Shown here in pieces: positions 56,202 through 64,000 of a stretch of DNA of 64,000 nt (position 1 is its first letter; every line of letters starts with the position of its first letter). A program made the position numbers and the translations under genes. Below the pieces are notes generated by a model, which saw only the letters and a program-made list of their open reading frames with translations, ran no database searches and had not been told where the DNA came from. The DNA is from Octopus vulgaris (Eukaryota): assembly GCA_951406725.2 (NCBI GenBank), contig OX597842.1, positions 29,450,001 to 29,514,000 on the forward strand, in the 5' to 3' direction.

Positions 56202-57070
56202 GTCACTCAGCGAAATAATAAAGGTTGGACACCTCTACATCTTGCCTCGTATTATGGACACACAGACACAGCTAAACTTCTCCTACAACAAGATGGCACT
56301 GATGTGAGGGTGGTGGACAACGATGGTTGTACACCTCTACATCTTGCCTCTAATCAAGGACACACAGACACAGCTAAACTTCTCCTACAACAAGATGGCA
56401 CTGATGTGAGGGTGGTGGACAACGCTGGTTGGACACCTCTACATCATGCCTCGTATTATGGACACACAGACACAGCTAAACTCCTCCTACAACAAGATGG
56501 CACTGATGTGAGGGTGGTGACCAACGCTGGTTGGACACCTCTACATCATGCCTCGTATTATGGACACACAGACACAGCTAAACTCCTCCTACAACAAGAT
56601 GGCACTGATGTGAGGGTGGTGACCAACGATGGTTGGACACCTCTCCATCTTGCCTGTCAGAATGGACACACAGACACAGCTAAACTTCTCCTACAACAAA
56701 ATGGCACTGATGTGAGGGTGGTGACCAAATATGGTTGGACACCTCTACATCTTGCCTCGTATAATGGACACACAGACACAGCTAAACTTCTCCTACAACA
56801 AGATGGCACTGATGTGAGGGTGGTGACCAAATATGGTTGGACACCTCTCCATCTTGCCTCGTATAATGGACACACAGACACAGCTAAACTTCTCCTACAA
56901 CAGAATGGCACTGATGTGAGGGTGGTGGCCAACGATGGTTGGACACCTCTCCATCTTGCCTCTTCTCAAGGACACACAGACACAGCTAAACTCCTCCTAC
57001 AACAAAATGGCATCGATGCCAATAAAGCGGACAATGATGGTGACACTCCTCTCCATCGGGCAGTTCAAAA
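56202..57070 (+). CDS. Ankyrin-repeat gene exon with eight near-identical 102-bp (34-aa) repeats plus a half repeat
   Basis: TTTTTTAG acceptor; open frame VTQRNNKGWTPLHLASYYGHTDTAKLLLQQDGTD...GDTPLHRAVQ; donor GTAAGT at 57071; phase 2. Confidence 0.92.
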
Positions 57071-58176
57071 GTAAGTCCCCAATGGATTTGGATTATCCAA
57101 ATCTGTTTCTTTAATGTTTTCATTAACGTTTGTTTTCTTGTTTTGAGTCATTCATGTCGTAATCCCACCATGGGACGTCGTGCTTCAACTCTCTCTCTCA
57201 CACTCTAATGACACTGTAACCTACTTCATTAATTAATCATCATCATTATTATTGTTGCTGTTGTTACCTGACTAGATTCTTTACTTCATCTCAGCCTTCG
57301 TTACCTCAACGTTACAAGTTCAAATCTTTCCTTTTCTTCTTTTCATTCCATATAAAACACCCCACCCCCTCTCTCTTGTAATTTTCCTCTTTCCTCTGAC
57401 CCTGGGCTAAATACAGAATCATTCCCTTACAGTGTTTAGTTTGATCTGTTTATGTTCCAAGTTCAAATCCTGCCAGAGTATTTATTAACAACCTGGAGTG
57501 AAAATCTGTACCAGTAATATCCAGAGGTTCATTTAATAAATTGTCCTCCCTCTTTTCTCTTGTTTTTGTGTCTGATTGCTGTTGGGCAAAATACCTTGTG
57601 GTATTTATTTACCACACTTTATGTTCAGAGTTCAAATCCCGCTGAGGTCACCTTGTCTTTCCATCTTTGCTAGGCTAATAAAGTACAATACCAGTCATGT
57701 ACTGGGGTCCTTATAATCCACATTAATGCCTCTCCCCATCCTAAATTTCATGGCTATATAACAGTTGTTCATCATACCATATATAGATTGCCGTGTTTAC
57801 TCAGGTGTGTATATATATCGTTGGTCTATAATGTAGAGAGTATATCGAATATACGAGGGGGTACCCAAAAGTGGCCGGAAACGTTTCTGTAGGGCAAGGC
57901 CATTGAAGTTCAGGCTTCTGCTGCTAGAAGCCACTTGATGCGATATTAAAGGGTAAAATCAGAAATGATTTTTACCGAGTGGTCAGCGCGGAAATATAAC
58001 CTCATAAGTAAATTTTTATAAACATTTTATAATTATATACATAATTATAACAAGGGCTTGGCTTGCTCCTCACCACGCACTGAAAAATAGACATCAAAAG
58101 ACACTATTACCACCATTAATTCTCCGAGAAAAACACAGTACATGTGTTATAATTATGTATATAATTATAAAATGTT

Positions 58177-58209
<33 letters not shown>

Positions 58210-58650
58210 ATATGTAGGATCCAAGGATTGAGATGTAGGAAGGTGAGCTTCAAACAATCCATAGAAAATGTAAGAAACAACTTTCAGGAACAAAAGGGGT
58301 TTATTGGGGTGCAAGGTTGTTGGTTTTTCCCTTACCGCATCTTCTGTGTTTGAACATGTGCCTCCTATTGACAGTGTAAACTTCATTTAATCAAGACACC
58401 CTTGGTCTGAAGAGTAGCCTGTGGTATACACCTCGTTTGGATATTTACCAGTTCTGATGTTCCACCTGCTTTGAAACATATGTAGCCCAGATTTTATCTT
58501 AACTCATATATATATATACACACATGTATAATGTGTATTTGTGTGTATGTAATTATTGATGTAATTAGGTTATAATGACCTGATTACATTTGTTTTCATT
58601 GGTTAATCTAATAATAATTGTTTTTCCTCTCCTCTTTGTATAACTTTCAG

Positions 58651-58687
58651 GCAACAATATGGTGTGGTATCTTTGATGCTGGCCCAG
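58651..58687 (+). CDS. Ankyrin-repeat gene micro-exon ((K)QQYGVVSLMLAQ)
   Basis: TTTCAG acceptor, GTTAGT donor; 37 nt converts phase 2 to phase 0 and supplies the second helix of the split repeat. Confidence 0.75.
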
Positions 58688-58997
58688 GTTAGTTAACAAA
58701 TACATATTATATCCTCTCTCTAGTATTCAATATTTATATCATCAAAATACCAGTGAAATTCTGGGGGTAGATTTAATCAACTGCACTGCAGCAACCTTTT
58801 AATGGCAGGTCTCGGGTCTGTGAAGAATAATTATGTTGGTGGTAACAATGATGATAGTAGTAGTGGAGATGACAGTCCAACTGACCACCGCGGCTGATAG
58901 TACTATCTTTAATGGTCAGACAAAACAAGATCATTATGAATTCAACCCATATATATCAGATTATATATATCATCATCAACCACTCTGCCATATGCCC

Positions 58998-59258
58998 GTG
59001 GGCATATGGCATAGTGGTTAATAGTTCAGGCTACTAACCCCAAGATTCCGAGTTCAGTTCTAGGCAGTGACTTGAATAATAATAACAATAATAATAATAA
59101 TATTAATAATAACATTGAAAAATACCTTTGGAATGAGAACATAGGTTCGAAATTTCCTCAAGACACCTGACAAAGGCTGGAGGGTATATCAGCCGAAACA
59201 TTGTGTTAACAACAAACAAGATGAGGACAAATATCCATCAAATGTCAATAATGTAAAT
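58998..59258 (+). mobile_element. tRNA-headed SINE-like element with a 3' hammerhead motif (59162-59207)
   Basis: A-box TGGCATAGTGG, B-box-like GAGTTCAGTTC, (AAT)n, then GACAC-CTGACAA-A-GGCTG(GAGGGTATAT)CAGCC-GAAA-CA-TT-GTGTT. Confidence 0.6.
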
Positions 59259-60159
59259 AATGATGATGATCATCTTTTAATGTCTGTCTCTCATGTTGTG
59301 TGAGTGTGTGTTATGTGTAAATTGTTGGTGTCAGCATTTTATCGTGTGTCCAATAATTTATTTGGCTTCTTTGCTGCTTTTTTCCCTCTGCACATATGTA
59401 TAAATGTGTGTGTGTGTGTATATATATATATGTATATATGTGTGTGTGTGTGTGTGTATGTATATATATATATGTATATATGTGTGTGTGTGTGTGTGTA
59501 TATATATCTATATATATATGTATATATATATATATGTATATATATATATGTATACCCAGAAAGATAGTTACTCTTGTCAGACACATTGCACATTCAGATT
59601 ATGCAGCAGAGATAAGTTAAAGGTCCTTGTCCCCAGCAACAAAGCTAAATGAGAGCATGCTGCAATCAGTCCCTATTGCTTCGTTAATCCATTATCATCA
59701 GTACATGATGAATCAAATTCCTTTTTCCTCTCTCCCTGCCTAACTCAACGGATTGACTACCCTTACTGTATTTGTCTACCTAACTTATTTACCTGTATTT
59801 GTATTAACATGGCTTTGCATGAATGCCGGGATGCAACACCCTCCACTGTTGGTGGTGACAATACCTGATTAACTCCTCTTTACAGGTATCCATACTAACA
59901 CCTCTGTGCTAATGCCAGCACAACACCCATGTCCAGTGGTGTTAGCAAGCGTTACATGAATGATGCAGGATTAAATGCAAGGACAACTGCTAATGACATG
60001 CTGGCAGGAAAATGCTAATAACAACCTTTTCAGATGCTGATAGCTGCAGCCAATGTAGACACAGCACTGTCAATGTAAGCACATGCAACAAGTATCTCGT
60101 CTTATGTGCACCCCCCCCCCCCCAAAAAAAAAAACTGCCCCTAGAAGGTCTGTCAAATG

Positions 60160-60830
60160 AACTGAAGGGCTACTTCTATGACACTCTTCTGCTGGCCACT
60201 TCAAAGATAAATGACCATGACCTTCGTGGTTGGTGATTTCAATGGACGTGTTGGGCAGTACCCAGGTATCTTCCATGGGCTACATGGTGGGACACAGAAT
60301 TGTGGGAACAAAAACCATAGCCACCATGTACACCATGGAAGTCCCCTGCGTGTTGTCCAACGTGCCCATTGAAGTCGCCAGCCACAAAGAGAAGGTCCCT
60401 GTCATTCATTGACGAGGTAGTCTGCAAGAGGGTGTCATAAAATCAGTCTTTCTGTTCATCAGGTAGCCCTGGCTGAGGGTCATAAACCGAGATAATGGTT
60501 GCTAATCCATGTTGCAGCACTAATCTAAACTTAAGTATTCCATCACAGACTCTGACTATCTCGATTACCTTATCAGCCCATTTCTCTGCCCCCGACTCCA
60601 TCAGTGTTCCCCTCAGAAAATCTTATACTTATGTTCTTTGCCTGTGAAGAACTTAGCAGAACTTCCTCTCCACCTTCTTGGATGCAGCACAAATCTACAT
60701 GTCTCTGTTCAAGCATGTTAACAATATCACCAGACCTACCTTTCAGTGTGCCGACGTTGAGAGTACTAACTCTGAGGGTGTTGAAGGTATGGGTCCACGA
60801 GACCCTGGGATGGGGGACAGCAGCATCATG
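60160..60830 (-). mobile_element. RTE LINE endonuclease N-terminal fragments (minus), with an oppositely oriented homologous piece at 60165-60290
   Basis: TLRVSTLNVGTLKGRSGDIVNMLEQRHVDLCCIQE and DLLFVAGDFNGHVGQHAGDFHGVHGGYGF on minus; VVGDFNGRVGQYPGIFHGLH on plus. Confidence 0.8.
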
Positions 60831-60960
60831 TACCTGAAAAGAAAGCTTGCATTTGGCAGAACCCATAAACATACAATAGTCTTCAACCTGCAAACACTAC
60901 ACCATCATTTTATGCACTACATCATCACTACATTACATAGGAGATAAACCCTATATATAT

Positions 60961-61412
60961 AAATATATGTATTTTTTAATAATATATTATTATTATTAAT
61001 ATAAGTAAATCAATAGGAGAATTTTTCACTAAGATATACCCATATGAAACACCATTTTACAATTTTAATTCAAATTTTTATATAAAAATATCATTCGATA
61101 CATTATTCAATATTCATATTTTATATCTCTGAAGAGGAGAAGGGTTGTCCATAAGTGCTTATCAACATAGGACTTCATTATAGAATCAACCCTTTTTCGA
61201 AACGATTGTAAGATGCTTAAAACTTAATTCAAAACTTTTAAACTTTCAAATTTATTTTATACATCATATTTATATTTTTTAATATTTATTTATTTATTTA
61301 TATACATTTTTAATACATAAAGTCTTTCATATGGGTATATCTTTGTGAAAAATTTGATATTGATTTCCTTATATTAATAATAATAATATATTATTAAAAA
61401 ATATATGTATAT
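60961..61412. repeat. ~90-bp inverted repeat enclosing a hammerhead ribozyme
   Basis: 60961-61049 (...GATATACCCATATGAAA) is the reverse complement of 61325-61412 (TTTCATATGGGTATATC...). Confidence 0.85.
61125..61214 (+). ncRNA. Type I hammerhead ribozyme with extended stem II
   Basis: ATCT-CTGAAGA-GGAGAAGGGTTG(39 nt)CAACCCTTTTTC-GAAA-C(GATT)G-TA-AGAT; canonical core, 12-bp stem II with two G-U pairs. Confidence 0.82.
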
Positions 61413-61779
61413 ATCGCTCATATTATATATATAAATACTTTAATAGTATTAATATTATTTTATACAATGGAGCACTTAATATAAATTCAGTATATAATAT
61501 TATTGAATATATATATATATATGTATTGTATCACCAATTATTATGACACGATACTGTTTACACTATAACCTTGTAGTAACAATAAAACATATTACGGATC
61601 AGGGTAACAACAACAATCCATACACAAACCAACAAACAATGAAAACAACACCTTACGACTTCCTGCAATTAACACCTACTCTCTCTGGTCTCTCACTCAG
61701 ACTGCTACTATTCATAGTCGTTCAGTCAAGTCTGTTCTTGCATGGGTTCTTGTGACTCTCGCCACAACATGTAATCGAG

Positions 61780-62090
61780 TCCAGGACTTATTCTTTGTAA
61801 GCCTAGTACTTATTCTGTTGATCCTTTTTGCCAAATCGCTAGCTTACAGGGATGTAAACACACCAGCATCGATTGTTAAGCAATGTTGGGAGGACAAACA
61901 CAGACACACAACACACACACACACACACATATACGATGGGCTTCTTTCAGTTTTTGTCTACCAAATCCACTCACAAGGCTTTGGCCATCCCGAGATGATA
62001 GTACAAGACACTTGCTCAAGGTGCTATGCAGTGGGACTGAACCCGGAATCATGTAGTTGGTAAGCAAGCTATTTACCATAGCCACTCCTG
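61780..62090 (-). mobile_element. SINE family A (older copy)
   Basis: Diverged match to 14203-14608. Confidence 0.75.
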
Positions 62091-62451
62091 TATGTATATA
62101 TATATATGTGTAAATATATCTATATATATATATATGTGTTTGTGTGTATCTCACTTCCATAACATTCATGTATATGTGTGTGTATGTACAGGAATGTTAA
62201 GGATGTGGACACTAACCAACTCACCTGTTTTATGAACCCCTTATTAATATAGCAACATCATAATTCTTCTTTACTAGTTTTGATCTGCTAATTATATGTT
62301 CACTCTTGTTCTGCTCCCCTAAAATTTACTATAGTGAGAGATAAATATAGATTAGGATGAAACAATCTGTTTAAGACCTCTTAATAGATTAATCATGTCC
62401 CTTACACATATCCCATGTACATTTTCAATTTCTATTTTTACTTCCACAAAG

Positions 62452-62664
62452 GATTCAGTGAAACTGGATATTGGGAATCATATGAAAATGACACCATTGA
62501 TGGAAGCCGTGTCCAGGGCCCACCTCGGAATAATCCATAAACTTATTATACATGGTGCAAACATAAATGCTGTCGACAATGATGGCAATAATTGTTTGCA
62601 CCTCTCAATAATAAAGAAAGAGATGTTCCATTCTGAGGTGGAACCCATTCCCATTTTAGATGAG
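62452..62664 (+). CDS. Ankyrin-repeat gene exon (DSVKLDIGNHMKMTPLMEAVSRAHLGIIHKLIIHGANINAVDNDGNNCLHLSII...ILDE); gene continues beyond the window
   Basis: AAG acceptor after a pyrimidine tract, 213 nt phase 0-0, GTAAGT donor, ankyrin motifs. Confidence 0.85.
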
Positions 62665-63544
62665 GTAAGTTTTAAAAATTGTTTGTGAATATGTGTGTGT
62701 GTGGTTGGCATTAGGAAGGGCATGCAACCGCAGAGACTATGCCAAAACTGGCAATTGGTGCCTGAGCAGCTCTGCAGCTGCCCAGCTTCTGCCAAACTAT
62801 CCAACCCATGCCAGCATAGAAAACGAATGTAAAATGATGATGAGGAGGATGTGTGTATGTGTGAATGAGAGAGAGAGAAATAGAGAAACAGGCAGACATT
62901 GTTTGCTATTTTCTTTCACTCCCATCCACTTCTCTTCCTTTAGTATTAAATAATTCAGTTTCTCCTGATAGCACTAGTTGTATTATGTAACTAACAATAT
63001 TCCATCTTCTTTCACCTTCAAAAGCATGGCCACTCCACTGTAAAGAAGGTAACCCATCTTAAATATGTGTCATGTAAACACTGCCATCACTGTATGAAGG
63101 AGAGGTGACCAACGACAGAGATAAGTCTTTAAATTTAAGAAAGAGAAATTCACAAACTGTTTTAAATATCGAATTTCAAGTTAAACGAGTTGAACTGTGT
63201 TAATTGCTAGAAAGCATATTTCATTATTCTTTTTCAAAGAAAGGAAAAGGAAAATAAATTCGTTTTAAGGACAATTAAATTTAAAGAAAATATATTCATG
63301 GACTTTGAAGAAAGTTTCTTTTATCAGTATGATAATGAATATATAACTGAGTTTATTCAAAGTTGATAATTAGGGTTCCAAATATTGCCAGGGCTTGGAC
63401 TTTGTGTGTATATTGACTACAGTAATACCCCTTGCAATGATTGTAATGAAGGGAGATGTGATGAGAATGAATTTACATTAAGATGTGTGCACAAAATTGT
63501 AATGCCACGAGATTGTATGTATGACGATGTAACTAGACAGATAG

Positions 63545-63688
63545 TCATAGAGGCCCTTTGTTACCAACAAAGATAGAAGCTCTCTGAACTTTGCCCTGCT
63601 TAATCTTATTCTAGCAGCTATGCTCTTGGCGCATCCACCTCCACTACTGACTTGATTACCTAGATAACAGTAGCTATCAACTACTTCT

Positions 63689-63690
<2 letters not shown>
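63545..63690 (-). mobile_element. RTE LINE fragment
   Basis: LEVVDSYCYLGNQVSSGGGCAKSIAARIRLSRAKFRELLSLLVTKGL, matching 44505-44645. Confidence 0.85.
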
Positions 63691-63738
<48 letters not shown>

Positions 63739-64000
63739 GTGTGTGTGTGTGTGTGTTTGTTTGAAAGACCTCAGCATCTATCCACTGCTAGATCTGATGG
63801 TGTCTATTGTCTGTTGTTGCAGAATTTAAGCAACTCTTTGATTCCCAAATATGTGTGACTGTATTTCAGACAGTTAATGGTCACCTATGTATTGTTGTAA
63901 TGTCTTCTTTGGTGAGAAGAAGCTACTCTAGCAGTCAACGACCCATTATTATAGGAATTGTCTATCAGACTAACAGTTTCAACAATTTCTTGACTATAAT

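Noticed and set aside
56202-57070. CRISPR-like repeat-spacer array
   Set aside because: The units are in-frame coding ankyrin repeats in a spliced eukaryotic exon; no unique spacers or cas genes.
49770-62664. Assigning a gene symbol (e.g. MIB2 or ANK) to the ankyrin gene
   Set aside because: Only generic ankyrin repeats are visible; no diagnostic domain lies in the window.

Overview
This is an AT-rich, repeat-dense animal genomic window, most consistent with an octopus (coleoid cephalopod). That assignment is inferred from the clustered C2H2 zinc-finger genes, the SINE/RTE/Penelope repeat landscape and the extreme microsatellite load. Genes: two paralogous C2H2 zinc-finger loci in divergent orientation (minus ~19.7-21.0 kb, decayed; plus ~36.4-38.1 kb, one homopolymer frameshift), and a spliced plus-strand ankyrin-repeat gene with six phase-consistent exons (49770-62664) that continues past the window. 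One of its exons is a 102-bp tandem array that varies almost only at ligand-binding positions. A second ankyrin array abuts a 100-N gap. Mobile DNA: Tx1/L1, RTE, CR1-like and Jockey/I-like LINEs, several Penelope-like element (PLE) relics, a solo LTR, a non-autonomous Helitron, MITEs/foldbacks, a Tc1 relic and at least three SINE families. Most notable: (1) tracts in a PLE 3' region that read as A-to-G hypermutated CA-repeat DNA, possibly ADAR hyper-editing fixed by reverse transcription; (2) a set of minimal type I hammerhead ribozymes, two enclosed by inverted repeats and one fused to a tRNA-derived SINE head; (3) a DARPin-like hypervariable ankyrin exon. Most long ORFs in the supplied track are microsatellite artefacts. 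All alignments and folds were done by eye.
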